Assembly: GCA_050084515.1 (NCBI GenBank)
Contig: CM114271.1
Span: forward strand, 44,454,001 to 44,518,000
Length of the DNA stretch: 64,000 nucleotides
Direction: 5' to 3'
Source of the DNA: Blasia pusilla
Taxonomy: Eukaryota
Program-made: the position numbers and the translations under genes
Part shown: one piece after another, positions 37,890 to 52,375 of the stretch
How positions within the stretch are numbered: position 1 is the first letter of the stretch
How the letters are laid out: each line of letters begins with the position of its first letter
The notes under the pieces: model-generated
Databases searched by the model: none
The model's input: only the letters and a program-made list of their open reading frames with translations
Told to the model about the DNA's origin: nothing

Positions 37890-40800
37890 GCAATTTGACC
37901 TCATTTCATTATAAGAGTACGAGAAAAAGTAGCAAGGGACTGCCGCCGAATTTGAGTGAAGATTTATATGTACTGACATTGAAGAGCTGTGAACTGGATG
38001 AGCGGTAACCTTTTCCTGATTGGCGATGTCACATCTGTGCCAGCACACATGCAAAGAAGGAAGAGCTGCAGAGCTATTTGGTTCTTTCAACAAGAGGAAG
38101 AGTGTAAGTGATAAATCTCTGGAGTTTGAGGCCCTTGGAGCGGGTCACTCTGACTTCATATGGCTCAGAGAGTTGTGGCGCACTCACAATTATGTTCACA
38201 GGGATCAGAATGATGGGGCTGGAAAAGTTGGTGCTTGTGCAGAAAGTTCAGGTAGGAATCCATGAAATTTCTTGGAAGATTTCACCGCTTGTGGCCTAGA
38301 TTTAAGTGCAAAGTAATTACATTACCAATGAGTCCTGTTGACTTCATGTGACTAAAATACTATCAAGGTTCCTTGGATTTTTCCATGAAACGTCTCTCGT
38401 CAAGAGGATTGGTATCTATGCATGGAGAATGTTTCATTCTTGAACTAGTGTCTAAGCAGAACAGATTGTCTTGAGTGCGTCCTCTATGGAGTTGGGTAAA
38501 CTATCCAGCTCTAGAAACTGGTTTTCCCATTCTAGAAAGGGGGACATATCACTTGTTTTGTCTGGATTCTTGACCAACACTCAATCCTTCCTCCATGGTA
38601 GAAGAAATCACACTAAACACCACATGAAGGGAAAATGGGAGACTCCACATGATAACATAGTGGAGGTTCAAATCTATGTCTGACTTTGTCCATTTGTACC
38701 CTCATCCAATTTGCAATACCAACACTATAAAACATCCATTTGTGATGTCAGTGTTGCTATTGCAAATTTTGCAAGTTCGGCATGAGAGCAGGTTGAAATG
38801 AGAATGCGCGAGTTTAGTGGAGTGCGGACTTACTGCAACTTGATAAACTCAAAACCTCTAAGTTAGAGATGCATGGTTTGTAAATTCAACCTTAGGGATG
38901 GAGAAATAATATTATATCCATCGATTGAGAAAATTGTAAATTCAATGTTGGTTCTTTTCCATTATTGTTATCCAATGAATACTCCATCCTGATTATATCC
39001 TCTATTCCTCGGATGTTTCCCCCCCGAGCATCTATGATATACATCTGCCCTCATATCAACTCTTTTTCACTACCGCACTATTGAATACACTATGGAATGT
39101 AAGAATGTCAGTGTGAAACTAGATATTGTGTAATGACTAGTCTAAACTTGATAAAGCATTTGATCCTCGGAAGGTGATCCCCTTCCAAGGATCACCCTCC
39201 ATTGACATATATGAATCATTGATTGTTCAATGAAACTTGTGTGGATACTCCACTCCTAGATTAGTATAGAGCTCCCACGGATCGAGTTCTATGACCCCAT
39301 TTTCTCCGGGGTTGCCAACCATGACATGGGTTGGCTTGGGTGAGGATTTGTAATCTTATGATCGGCCATTTTGAGAAGAGGGTGATTTGATGTCTATGGA
39401 CTTGATATGTCTAGTGGACAAGAGTAAGGTGATCCAAGAATAGTTCCTATGAGTGTGGATCACGCGAGTTCTTGTAGCCCTGCACGATAATGTGTTAAGC
39501 GCCTAGTGGATTGAAGCACTAGAGGGTCCTCCATGTCGAAAAATCGAGAGTAGGTTGTTTCATGGTTACAAGGTAATGGTTGATGGGGATGATATAAAAC
39601 TTTGCTATTCCAACATAAGGATCTTTGTCCGAAAATTATGAATGACCCCAAAGGAATTTCTACCTTTTCTTTAATGTATTCTCAGGTGATTGTTTCCCTT
39701 ACAGGAAGTACCTACGAGGTTGAGTGTCTCTTTTGTATTGGTCATGCAATAACTTTTTAAATGCGCTTGCCACTTATCCTTTTTTCAATTTGCACCATCT
39801 TATGTGCAAATTGAAAAAAGTCACATGTACCCTATGCAAACTTTCTTTATCTTATTTGTACTTCGTCTTCCACATCACGTCTTTTTCCTCATTCCTCTCA
39901 CCTTTTACCCTTATCCTAAATAGTACATTTACTTTCTTGGTTCTTTTTCTAATTTAATCTCTACTTAGTCATATCTCATTACAATACTCCCCACATTCAA
40001 GAAGTACCGATTGCGTTGCCGCTACTCTCAAAACTTTGAATCACTAATAATGCGTTAGCCTAGTTGGTTTGAAGTTTCTAAGTGGTTTCATACAATAGAT
40101 GTCCATTCCATTGGACCAAATACTCAATGACTTGATAACTACTCTATTGGCGAGTGCGTTTATGCAAGATTTGTTTCATCTCAATTCTTCGTGGTCATTC
40201 ACTAATCTTGAGTAGAGGTTTGATTGGGTGCTAAGTGAAATTTGATGATGGAGGAATATAATGTTTCAAGAGCAATACATGGATGACATTATGAATCTTT
40301 ATGTGTAGAGGGAGTTCCAATTTATATGTCACTTCATCAATATGCTCTAATATAGGAAAATATCTAGCACAATGTGCATTTATCGTAGTCCATCGTCTAC
40401 TTCATCTCGTTTCATGCCGAAGCACTCCCGACTTTGAGCTTTGTAAGTGAAAGATTTAGATCGAGTCCTACAGACTCAACCGGTTGCATATTCCATAGAT
40501 AGTCAAGAAGCCGCAGAATGCTAATTGGATAGAGTTTCCACAAAGTGTGTATCATCTCCCTAGAAAGCATCTTCCCCAAGCCTTGACAAATCTTCCCAAG
40601 TTGTTCGCCTAAATTAGAGTGCGTCGCTTAATTAATTCCTTAGGATATGTCCCTTAGCTCAAACTTGAATCAGGGCCAAACAAGCATCACGGTTAGTTCC
40701 TGGTTCAAGAGATTGAGCGGATAAAGGGGGAGAGTGTTGCCCCCCTCCTCTGTAGGTACTTCTAGGGTTTTCCGGAGTAACTCCACCTTCCACATTGTTC

Positions 40801-42800
40801 CCCTTGGACCCTTGATTTTGGCCCTTAACTCAAATGAAGTTCGCTCCTGCTCTACGGATTGATGTTTCATTAGTTATCCATCAAGAATCAAGATGGCTTT
40901 GCGGAGGCTTCTTGTAGCTTATGCAACTCCCGACTCCCTAAACATATCTTGGAGCTTAGATCGGCGTTACACGCGTTTCATGGCTAGTGCCTATCTTGAT
41001 TCCCCGTTTGACGTCTCATGGTTGTCTTCACTAGAAGAAAACCATGATTTTTATGACTAGGATCCAAATGAGTGAGGTTCCTCATGACTAGGACTTATGA
41101 CTGAAATCTCCCTTAGTCATATGGTAGATGTATCTTTAAAAAAATCAACACTATTTTAGTCATATAGAAATATGACTAAATCATTGAATCATTTTAGGAT
41201 ATGACTTAGTCATATAAAATAATGACTTATTCAATAGTGAGTCATTTAACACTCAATATGACTTAGGACATGACTTAGTCATATACATGAATGACTTATT
41301 CAATAGTGAGTCATTTTACACTGAATATGACCGAGTCATACTAAATTGTGCAAATATTGCAAATATTTCATATCCTTAATTTTTCATTTATAGAAAACCA
41401 TCATCATAAAATATTTTCTATTCCTTCAAGAGTCACAAAGCATGATTTTTTAATTCAATCATGTAGAAAAATTAGATTATAGGCCATGCTTGTAAAATTT
41501 ATAACAGAATTTATGAATGTATAGATTGATATAAACCCTTCCCTTAAACCTTGGAAAATATTTCGGGTTTGGAAACATTTGGAGAAGCAATTCTCCTTAT
41601 CCTATGTAGAGATCCTTATAATAGATCATACTAGCTAAGGTAACACATGCGGAAGGGTTTAGACAACGTTTGAGACCACGAAAAGAGTTCTGCAATAGTT
41701 ACGCATGTACATGTAGGAGGTTAGGGGTTTGAGTAGAGTTTGGAAGGGAAAAACACATAAGACAAGAGGAGTAACTTGGAGGGCTTAGGTGTGTGAGCAT
41801 ATGTGCGCGGGACCTCGAGAGCGGGAGAGGTTGAGGAACGAGAGAGGCCTTGAGGAGAGTTCTCACCCACAGAGCTAGTGAGGGAGCCGAGAGGTTGATG
41901 ATGCAATAGAGAGGACCATGAGGTGCAGCCACAAAGGTTTTATACAAGCTTTCATCCGAGGTGATCCGAGCTGCTTTGATCTGAGTTGTTATGATCTGAG
42001 GTATCGTTTGAGTGAGAGAACAAAAATTGAAGGGTTTACACGAGCTTTGATAAGAGGTGATCCAAGCTGCTATGATCCGAGGTGCTTTGATTTGTGCTGA
42101 TGTGATCCGAGCTGATGTATCATGGAAGGCATGATCGTGATGGCGATGTGCGACTCTGTGTCTGTTGCCTCTATCACACCTTCCGGAGCTGCGGAGTTCC
42201 GAGATGAGATGCGCTTCTTTTACCCTTTCTATGATTCCTTCTTGTTGCTGCTGCCGTCGTTGTGGTGAATGATGATGATGATGATGGGAGTTGGGATAGG
42301 AGAGGAACGGGAAGGGCCAATTTTAGGGGCATTGTAGTGATGCGGTTGGGGCGCACTTGTTTGGTTCGATGAAGGGGAGCTCAGGCGGGAAGTGGGACTG
42401 AATTTTTTGTGCAATCGCAGTGCCACCCTTGGCATCCTAATCTGTCTATCTGTCTGTCTGTCTGTCTGTTTGTCTGTGAACACAATCGGTGCCATAGAGT
42501 TGACCGCTCAGGAATTAGTGACGGCTCATAGAGATGTAAAAAATATGCCGGTAAAAAATATGTCATCTTCAAAAACCTCCATGGATGAGGTTTTTGAAGA
42601 TGACACATGTGAATTGGATGTAGATATATAATATTTCTGCACTAAAGGCAATTCAGGTTGATCGGAGAGTTACTAGAGGCAGAGGTTGTGATAGGAGTTA
42701 TAGAGGTCTTGCTTGAGATGTATGTTTCATCATGTTTATCATTCATCATTCATTCCCTGATTGAGCTCCTTGACCACATTTCTCAACAGAAACTTTGTGA

Positions 42801-43445
42801 ATGGAGGGGGGTACCCAACACAATAGTACCATAGCAAAAGAGTTTAGTGATCGAGCAAATCTTGAGGCCATTCTTGCATCTCAAGGCTTACGTGATGCAA
42901 GGGGTGACTTGCCTCATGGGAAGAACCATCAAGTATGGATAGTGAAGTGGAAACGTCGAGGGAGCAAGAGTGAAATTTTTGTGCTTCGTATGGCTTCATA
43001 TGATGACGTGCATGAAGTTGATTGGGAACCTTATCCAAGCACGCAAGAGGATCAAGTATGTCATGAGGAGATAGTTGACTCCAAAATGTGTATCATTTCT
43101 GAAGATGAAAGGAAATGTGGAGATGCACCAAGAATAGAGGAGGAGATTGGGCAAAGGGGGGAATCTACTATGGATAGTGGCAAGGTTGGAGAGTGTACAA
43201 AGAGCATCCAATCTGCATTCCTTGCTAGTTACAGTAGTGTAAACATTTCTGAAGAAGAAAGGAAATGTGGAGATACACCAACAACAGAGATTGGGCAAAG
43301 AGGGGAATCTACTATGGATAGTGGTAAGGTTGGAGAGTGTATAGAGAGCATCCAATCTGCATTCCTTGTTGGACATAGTAGTGTCGAAATTTCTGTGATA
43401 CTGAAAAGTGATGAACTACATCTGAATACAAAGTCTAAAGAGTGA
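42801..43445 (+). other. 214-aa ORF with internal ~45-aa duplication, probably CACTA-internal
   Basis: ISE.ERKCGD.P..EIGQRGESTMDSGKVGEC..SIQSAFL occurs twice. Confidence 0.4.
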
Positions 43446-45896
43446 TTTTTTTTTTCAGAAAGCACTCAAAGTGAGTCCTTATTGCTTGGAGATCATAGTA
43501 CTAGCTCGAGTGTCCATACAAATAGAGTAGAAAACCTTCGACTATTGAGTATATCAATGGAGAGAGCGGATCTCGATGATTATGATGTGGCTTATGATTT
43601 GAGTACAAAGGAGCAAGGAAGTACTAGGGATATTAAAAAACAAGCAACATATATGTCTCCACAAAGAAAGCCATGACCTCCATGCATAGCGAGGGAGCCT
43701 GAAAATGAGAGTAATGACCACTTTAGTGACCAAAAACATATGACCAGTGAAGTCACTCCATCTTTTGATGGAGTTGAGAGCCTCATCCTCGTGGATAAGA
43801 ACCTTGATGCTGATTTCCTGATTGACGAGGAGCGTGCACAGAAGATAAGGGAAAACAAAATAATACAATCATTCTTACTTGGTGATATTCTTGCAGAGTA
43901 AGGAGTTCTCCCATTTTCATAATGTGCATTCTCTGAATTTCACTTCTGTCATGATGTTTTTTCTTCCATGTACTTCATGTGTATATAGAAAACAATAGAA
44001 ACATTTGATAACTTGTAGATGATTAATTGTGGAATGCTTGTTTGGAAAGCTAGGCTGAAACTAGGAAAGGAAACTAGGAAAGCCTTCCCTTCTAGAGTAG
44101 TAGTGGCAAAGGGTGTTGAAGTGCGACGAAGTTCAAGGTTGAGATCAAAGGAGAGCTTACCTAATATGATTGAAAGAACAAAGGATAATATTGTGAGAGA
44201 TCTTGATTATATGACACCTGAACATATGGATTTCCAATCCGATGATGATGAGGGCACGCCATATCGTTCTATTGAGTACCAAAACTTTGGACCGACAACC
44301 CATCCCAAACAAGTTGAGAGGGTAACTACTTTAAATTTTCCACTGCCTTTTTCATGATTGAATATAGGATTCCTCTAATCATGGTGATGAATAGAATGTC
44401 CACGAGTTGTACAAAGCACTAACACTTAATACGTTTTGATAGGCTTCAGGTTCATGAGGACGAGAATCCTTCGATTCTCAAGCAAATTCGAAACCCCTAG
44501 AGCCTTGTTCACATGAGAGGTTGCAAATGGGTGGGCAGTATCCTATGTCCCACATGGTCAGAAAGTGGAAGAACCTGTTGCCCTAATCCCACATGGACAG
44601 AAAGTCGGAGTCGTTGGAATAGCCAAATGGGAGTGGGGTGGTATCCGTCTGATTGTCAGCCATCAATGATGAATCATTTACAAGGTGGATCTAACGGTAT
44701 GCCACAACCCCCTTCCTCAGCCCCACCTCCACCACCATGGGGTCAACAAACTCCTCAAACGAGCTTGATTGTTCAACAACAATGGGTTGGTGGCATGAAT
44801 TGGTCACAACCCCCATTGGGAGAACACCAATGGGCTCCTACTACTCAGCCTTCCCAATTGATGGGAGGTCAACAACATTGGCCTACCAACCAACCTGGCC
44901 CACCATAGGCACGACTAAGTGTATGCTCTCATTGATCCCCAAGCATATGAAATTTGTAAGTAGATGATATGAATTCCTACAGAGAATGTGAGGATGGTAG
45001 ACACTTTGTTATGCGAAGTACTTATTGGGAGTTGTTTGGTTAATTTTCTCCAATTGGTATTTACTTGGCAATAAATAACACTTGTTGCTTGTTTTGTGAT
45101 TGTAACAGGATGGAGTTCCATGCCCCCCCTCCCCCTCATATTCAGATGCTGGAGAAGGTTCTGATGTGAGAAAACAGAAAGTGACGAAATCACTGAAATC
45201 TTTACAAAACTTAGAGATACAAAGTGGCCTAGTCCGTCCGTGCGCTCACAGAAGAGCTTCAATGGAACCTGAACATGGATATAACTCGACATACGAGAAT
45301 GCGCTACCGCTGCGGCTCTCGACTATTTGACTACTCGGGAAAACTAGGGTTTTAACCTATTTTTCTTTGTTTCTATTAATAGAAAAATGTTGCTTCAGGG
45401 TACCCTGCACTCTGATGCAATATAGGGTTAGATAAACCTAGTAACGCTACTCCTAAAACCACCTACGTCATATTACTATGACTCCTTCGACGTCTAAGTC
45501 GAAACCATCAATCTAGGCTTCTCCTCATACAAGGGGGCCGATCAGATTAATGGTGCTCAGAGGAGTGGATGCTGAGAATCCAACATCTGACTCCACATTT
45601 TCTGATGGGCCATCGGGATTTTTTGGGACGAGTGTACATTCGCAGCAAAGTGATAGTCAGTCTTTCATGGCCCCTAATCCTTCCAATCCCACAAATCATA
45701 GTGGGGGTAGGTCCACATGAAGTGATCTCCCAGGATTGGCATGACTGCCAACTTTGAATATTCAAAAAGCTATCATTAAAGATTTTGGTCAAATTCATTT
45801 ATATGTTGGAACATCTCAAGTGTAAATGTTGGGTTTTCTTCTAATATATGTGCAGATGATAGGGCAAGTGCTAGGAGAAGTAGAACCAAGAGAGAC

Positions 45897-46385
45897 TTGT
45901 TGACCCGTGATGTGGCCCAATGCAAGGAGCAAAACTTATTGCCCAGATGCGAGTTGTTGCCCACGGGGGTTCCAAAGCCGAAAGTGCCCGGTTATGAACC
46001 CTGGTTGAATGACCTAAAGGTATGGACCACGCATTATCTCGACTTATCATGTGTCGAGATGAGTAGGCAAGACGCTATTAGTGTGGAAACAATTCGTAAT
46101 CATGTTGAGAGTGCCTACACCTATATTGGTGGGCAATCTTTGTGCCTGGACTTCTTGAAGAAAAAATGTGCGCAACTATTGAAAATTGAACGGTCTAGCA
46201 TGAAAGCATACTGGGTGGCCAATGGGAAAAATGCGGAAGTCCCGTGCCACCCTGATGCAAAGGAAGAAGTGTGGGCACGTTTGATAGATTATTGGCTTTC
46301 AAAAAAGGATATATTGAAGGCTTAAAAGATGGTGAACACAAGATCCAAGGTTGTCACTTTAAATCATAGCGGGCGGGGAGGTTTA
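45897..46385 (+). pseudogene. TnpA/Ptta-like (Transposase_24-type) exon
   Basis: EVWARLIDYWLSKKDILKA*KMVNTRSKVVTLNHSGRGG resembles the W..L..YW...R...H..G..G signature. Confidence 0.65.
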
Positions 46386-48099
46386 GAGGGGTTCTCTGTA
46401 AGTTCTCTTTAGCAACCTTGTGTCTTCTAAATCCTTTTCTTCTTTCTGCCTAAGAAGTTTGTAGTATTTGTATTTATGGCATGATTACTAACTTTCCATT
46501 GTTTTGTGGAGTTGATGTTAGGTGTATCCGCTGCACCAAGCAATGCAAGTGTCATTCAGAGTGGCATGGGGGCTAGTGCCTCTGAGGGTAGTTTAACCTG
46601 TTTCATGTATTTCATCCAATTTTTCTCCATGCTGTGATCAATAAGTTTGAGCATACCTTTAAGATATGTCCAAAACAATAAACTAACCTTGAGAGTTGAA
46701 TAAAATAGGGGAGGGATGCAGGAGTAGGAATGAATCCTAAAGAACACGTTGTGGAAACACCAATAGCAAGTGATAGTCATTTTAGTGGAGCCTCACTGGT
46801 GAATGATCATTCCAACTCAATGTGGGAAAAACATAATCTTGGCTTGATATATTGTTTGATGAATTTGTCTTGTGTTGTTTTGGGAGTTAAAATATTGATA
46901 ATGATGTGAGAACTAATCAGATTGTGCATGTATGATTTCAGTGGAGTGTGGAATCAAGCATATCTACTCAACTCTTGAAGGTAGAGATAAAGTGGAGTGA
47001 AGATATGGATGCCATTAAAGGCCAACTTGAGGAGGAATTGGAGAAGAACCAATTTCAATTGGAAGAGAAGATGGCCAAGAACCAAATTTTGATTGAGGAG
47101 AAGTTGGAAAAACATCAAAAACAACAGAATGAGGCATTTTCCATGCTTGTTGAAATGATCAACAAGCTATGAGAGAAGAAGAGAACGCAACCATATGCAT
47201 CAAGAGACCGCATTCCTGATCAAGGGGAGGGTAAGAAATGATCACTTGCATGGTTTCATTTTGGATCGTTCAAGGTATTCTTGAATAGCTGATCAAATTT
47301 CCCTGTTATGTATACTGCACGCCTTGTTGGCGTTCACATTGAGAAGGTGAAAGTTGCAAAAATTGGTGGTGGTTCTCACAAAGAACCGTTGAGAGAGTCG
47401 GATGGGTATGATTGACCAACACAAAGTGGTAAGTGTTGAAGGTTGATGATAAGCTCTTTGCTGATTGTCCAGAAGCATGGCTGTACTAAATGCATGTTCT
47501 TGCTTGTGTGATAGTGAGGAAAACTTCTAAAGTGAAGGTATCTTCCCCATCAGAAAAAATTGGAGGTTCAACCGCAGCTGGCTTATGTCTTTCCTTTTTT
47601 TAATTACATCCTGATTGTTATGATTCTCATGCAGACTAAATATTACAATCCTGGTCTTTGACACCATTAGTTCAAGACTAACTCTCAAAATGTGCAGATT
47701 CCATCCTTGTGGAGCACTCATCACCGAAAAAAAAAGGCGTTTAGGAAGAGTACAAGGAGACACAATTCAGGATGCAAACAACAAACATGACAACAATGTG
47801 AAATCTGGGAGCAATAAGAAACTCACGGGGAAGGTAAAATTACTTTTCTATTAAACTTTGAGGATGCATTAGCTTCATGATAACATTTCTAGATATCCTA
47901 ATCATTTATACTTGGATATTATAATTGATGGAGGACTATTTATATCAGGTGGGATGTGTGAAGTTACCAAGATTTATACCTCTCCAAGGTTGGACCTTCA
48001 CGAAGGTAAAAGCATATGGTTATTGCATTCTATGTTGTGCGCCCCTTCATAAGTGGCTCCCATGTGTGTTAGATACTTTTGGGACTCTAGTTAGGTGAG

Positions 48100-50166
48100 T
48101 AGAAGGAGCTAGAACAACAATCTGCAATTTAAATGGGATCATTGGTGCTATTTGGACCAAGATGGTGGCAGTTCACAAATCAGATTAGGATAGGAAATTA
48201 GCTTCAGTTGTCCATGCTTACAACACAGTTGAGAAGAGTACCACAGGGAAAAGTCCCTACTTCTTGGTCTATGGGCAGAACCCTCTCTCGGTAGTAGAGT
48301 TGGAGTTGAAGACTGATCATACTCTAGAAGGGCACTTCCAACCTGAAGGTGGCATAGATAGCAAGCTGGATATGATTGATGCCCTAGAGGAGGAGAGAAA
48401 GGCAGCATTAGAGAAGACCAAGGCCGTTCAGCAAAAAAGGAAGATGAGGTTTGATAACCGAATACAGCATGATCCAATGAAGGAGGGGGACATGGTGCTG
48501 ATGTATGATAGTCGACCCCAAAAATTCCAGGAAAGGTGCACATTCGACTGCTTGGGCCTTATCAGCTGAAGAGCATCCAGGGGAGTAATGAGATCAGGTG
48601 AGGAGCATCCAAGAAAGTGATGAGATCAGGTGAGGAGCATCCAAGGAAGTGATGAGAGAAGGTGAGCATAAGTGATGAGATCAGGTGAGGAGCATCCAGG
48701 GGAGTAATGAGATCAGGTGAGGAGCATCCAAGGAAGTGATGAGATCAGGTGAGGAGCATCCAAGGAAGTGATGAGAGCAGGTGGAGCTGAAGAGCATCCA
48801 AGGAAGTGATGAGATCAGGTGAAGAGCATCCAAGGAAGTGATGAGAGCAAGTGGAGCTGAGGAGCATCCAAGGAAGTGATGAGATCAGGTGAGGAGCATC
48901 CAAGGAAGTGATGAGATCAGGTGAGGAGCATCCAAGGAAGTGATGAGATCAGGTGAGGAGCATCCAAGGAAGTGATGAGAGCAGGTGGAGCTGAAGAGCA
49001 TCCAAGGGAAGCTCGAACCAGCTTGAGAAGAAGCAAGCATGGGAAGAATGTAAAGGTGGGTCTTACCTTCAAGCATGTCCAAGAGACAAGTCGAGCCTAT
49101 GCCATCAATGCTGCTCAAGAGACTTTAGTTAGGACAAGTTCAGAAGTAGATGAGGTAGAAATTTCAGGCAGTAGATGCCTTGGAGTAGATGCTTAGGGGG
49201 AGGTAGACTTGTAGGAAGGTAGGAACCCAGAATGCCAGAGAAGCCCAAGGGGAAAGAGGGCTCTCAGCTTCACTTATAAATACTCTGTTGGGTTTGCTTG
49301 AAGGCGGGCATATACAAGTTGTTGGCTAGTAGACACTCGATCTCTTGAGCCAAGCTAACCAGCAGAGTTATGTGCTCCCAGATCTAGGTAGTGTGTAGTG
49401 TGCTTGAAGGGGGCTGAGACTAAGAAGGTCTCCCATGTACTCGATGATTTTGTGATACACAGAAGGTAGCCCTATGAAATGAGTTCACTCCATTGCCCTG
49501 TATCTGAGTATGTGCATGATTGAGTGATGAGTTGGGGGGCTTTATGAAGGGAGATTCTTGGAGCTGATTCAACTAATCATTCACAAGTGTAGTGAGTGGA
49601 CAAGAGGCTGTACCAGTAGAGGGGAGGAAAGCTTGGGTTCCAAGATTGTGCTCCACCAAGGTGTGCTTGGAAAGCTTGCTGTTCTGCCCACCTAAGCTTG
49701 GCCTTTGACACCAATCACTGATTACTTCCAGGGTGTGACAACCTAGACTTCCAGGTCTGGTAAGTGATAAGAGTTAGTGAGTGGAGAGAGAGAGAGAGAG
49801 AGGGTCATGCTTGAGCTTCCCTATAGGTAGAAGACCATGGGCTCAGCCTATTAAGTCTCCTACTACCTGAACAAGAAGGGAGAACAAAGGATCAGCAAGG
49901 TAAGAGGAGAAGAAGAGGGTGATTGCACTACCTGATCGGTAAGGAGTTGGGTGTACTTTAGAGGATATCCTTGGTACATTCAACTCGTCCAAGGCAACAC
50001 ATTGGAGGACCTTATGCTGCCCTGGTCATTCTTGATTGAGATTTCTAAGTAGAGTGTGCTTGTTAGGTTCCACTGGCCACTCCACTCAAAGCACTCAAGA
50101 GAAAGGAAGGAGTTTTGGTTAGTAGGGTGAGGATAGGATTGTGATACTTAAGTGAACGTGGTCACA
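48100..50166 (+). mobile_element. 3' end of a conventional Gypsy element: integrase tail, tandem array, PPT, LTR
   Basis: TGKSPYFLVYGQNP and KEGDMVLMYD (~48240-48570); PPT tagggggagg ~49195; LTR-like TGTAGG (49210) to GTCACA (50166) with TATAAATA at ~49275. Confidence 0.75.
48572..49010 (+). repeat. Minisatellite of 32/38-bp units
   Basis: gagcatccaaggaagtgatgagatcaggtgag (units at 48894 and 48926) with a 38-bp variant; ~13 units. Confidence 0.95.
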
Positions 50167-52180
50167 GACTCGCCTCATGATCGACCACCTCATCCCGCAA
50201 ACAGCACGGGTAACTGACTCATCCGGCCGTCACCTGACCGCCATCCTGGCCGATAAGCAACAGTCTCCTCCCAGAAGTCAAGGATGAATCCTAGGGGATA
50301 TAACACTATACTCCCCACCAACACATCGTATCACTTAGCTGGTGGCGTAATCGCACGTGTGCGCACCATAGCACTATCCGTCGCAAGCTCTGGCTGGACT
50401 ATGACAACAATCTCCTATCGAGTCATATACTGAGTGGGTGATACGTCCCCAATTGAGGTCTGTATCTAGAAGGGACAAGGCTCAATGTTGGCCTTTCGTA
50501 ACCCCAACGTTAAACACGTCGCCTTCCCTAACATCAAGGGTTGCGCTCCCGAATCAAGTAGGACGCGCTGCGGGTGGTATACTGTCCCCGTCGGACTAAC
50601 CAAGCGAAATACTCCAGCTTGGTTATCCAGTAATACTACTCCATGTGTCACCACTGCTCGCTCTATGGCCGGTCAAGTTTGCATATCTACCAACTTCGCC
50701 ACCGCCGCATGCCATGACTTTGTGGGGAACGTCTCGAGCACCGGCTCTGAGGGCAAGTCCACCATCTCCTCAACTACCTCTGAACAAGAAGCAGTCATCT
50801 CTCCATGCTTACACAACGTGGCGGCCAATCGGAACACCTCATCTGGTCCAACTTCCAACGTCGCCAACTCTATGGCGGAAAATAGTGGAGTTTGACTCAC
50901 TCTGGTGGCCACCTCCAACACTATGGTTGACACTGACTCCACTTGAGCCGGCATAGGAGCACTCCAACTCCTTGTGATGTCGACATAGGTGCTTGAGCTG
51001 TAGGCACCGCTGGTCGTTGAGGCACCATCGATGGTGTGTGTAGTGCCTCCGACAATGTGAACGACTATGGAACCCTGGTCTGCCGCCCATCGGTCCCCTC
51101 TGGTGGGTCAATCTCAACTCCACCTCTCGTTGGCTTGGTGCCTCTCGCAGCACCCCGAGTCACCACTGCAACTGCCTCAACCTGGGTTGCACTACACATA
51201 AATCCCATACAGGCAAGATCCTCACCCGGGTGAGGGTAAGAGGTAGAAGTTGGAGTCACACTAGCTGTTCGCAGCTCCGTGCCTTCCCTAAGCTACATCA
51301 TCGTCATGGCAACAATCCTCTGCTCCAACTAATCGATGCGTGAGAGAAGTGTCGGCTCTGGTGCTCCTGCTCCATCTCCTCTGGCTGATGGTGGTCCTCT
51401 ACCACCACGTCCAGGAAGAACTCCCCGACCTCCTCCAAGACGACCGCCCCCAGGCCCTCGGCCTACCTCTGGACGTGACCCTCGGCGAAGGTCAAAACAT
51501 CTATCCCTAGTGTGACCATATCTGTGGCAATGGTCACACTGGTGCTGTGGTGGGGCCATCCTTTGTGGCTCTTGAGCAATCGGAGGCGCTGGTGGTCCTC
51601 TCCCATGCTGTGGGCAGTCTCTCTGCCTATGGGCCTCTCCGCGCCCCCACCAAAGAGATGTTGGCGGGTAGCTTATGCTGATATCCCCGTACTGTAGATA
51701 CCGGCAACAACTCATGATGCCTCTGGACCAATCTTGCCACGTGACGTAATGATACTCGCCGCGCGGTCTCATCTCTCTCCACATAAAGGTACTGATGCAC
51801 CCGTATGCCCGCCTGCAATAGTGCAGCCAATCCAGGGCTAATCCCTCCGAAGAGATCTAACACCCTAACGCCCTCCTCTGGGCACTGCCACACAACGGGT
51901 GTGGTATCCAGTGGGGTCAACGTCTCCACTCCAAGAGCCCGATCGCCACGTGACTCTCGCTGCTCTGGGATAAAAACATGACTCCACGCCTGCCTCACGA
52001 GGTCGTCAACACTTCTCTGTAGCTCTCGAGTCGTACCCCACAATGGTGAAGAGGCCTCGCCAACATGGGAAGAGACACCCGCCATGGCATGTCTCTCCAT
52101 GGGACTATCCGCTACTAGGACATCCTCCGCATGTGCGTTCCCCTCCAACAACTCTCCTGGCCAGCTAACTATACCTGTGT
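50167..52180 (-). mobile_element. Rearranged fragment of a related DNMT-bearing Gypsy element
   Basis: VRVLDLFGGISPGLAALLQAGIRVHQYLYVE (51627-52151), Zn knuckle CDHCHRYGHTRDRC (~51500-51545), protease VLLDSGAQPLMLG (50466-50654). Confidence 0.88.
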
Positions 52181-52280
52181 GGTCTGTAAAATGATGGGAA
52201 TGCCATGTGGGAGTGCGCAGAAGGCTAATATGAGTGTTTAATTTTGTTCACGAGGGGACGAGCATTTTTACATTTCCACT

Positions 52281-52283
<3 letters not shown>

Positions 52284-52349
<66 letters not shown>

Positions 52350-52375
52350 ATATATATATATATATATATATATAT
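52284..52375. repeat. Interrupted (AT)n microsatellite
   Basis: Direct reading. Confidence 0.98.

Larger units (their letters stand above)
41029..48080 (+). mobile_element. CACTA (En/Spm) element remnant, 3' end not found
   Basis: CACTAGAAGAAAA terminus at 41029, ATGACT(T)AGTCAT subterminal repeats ~41050-41340, TnpA/Ptta-like exon at 45897-46380. Confidence 0.7.

Noticed and set aside
38900-41020. Possible LINE or other retroelement remnant
   Set aside because: No motif I can identify with confidence.
44513-44908. Pro/Gln/Trp-rich ORF as a host gene
   Set aside because: Low complexity, lies inside the CACTA remnant, no recognisable domain.
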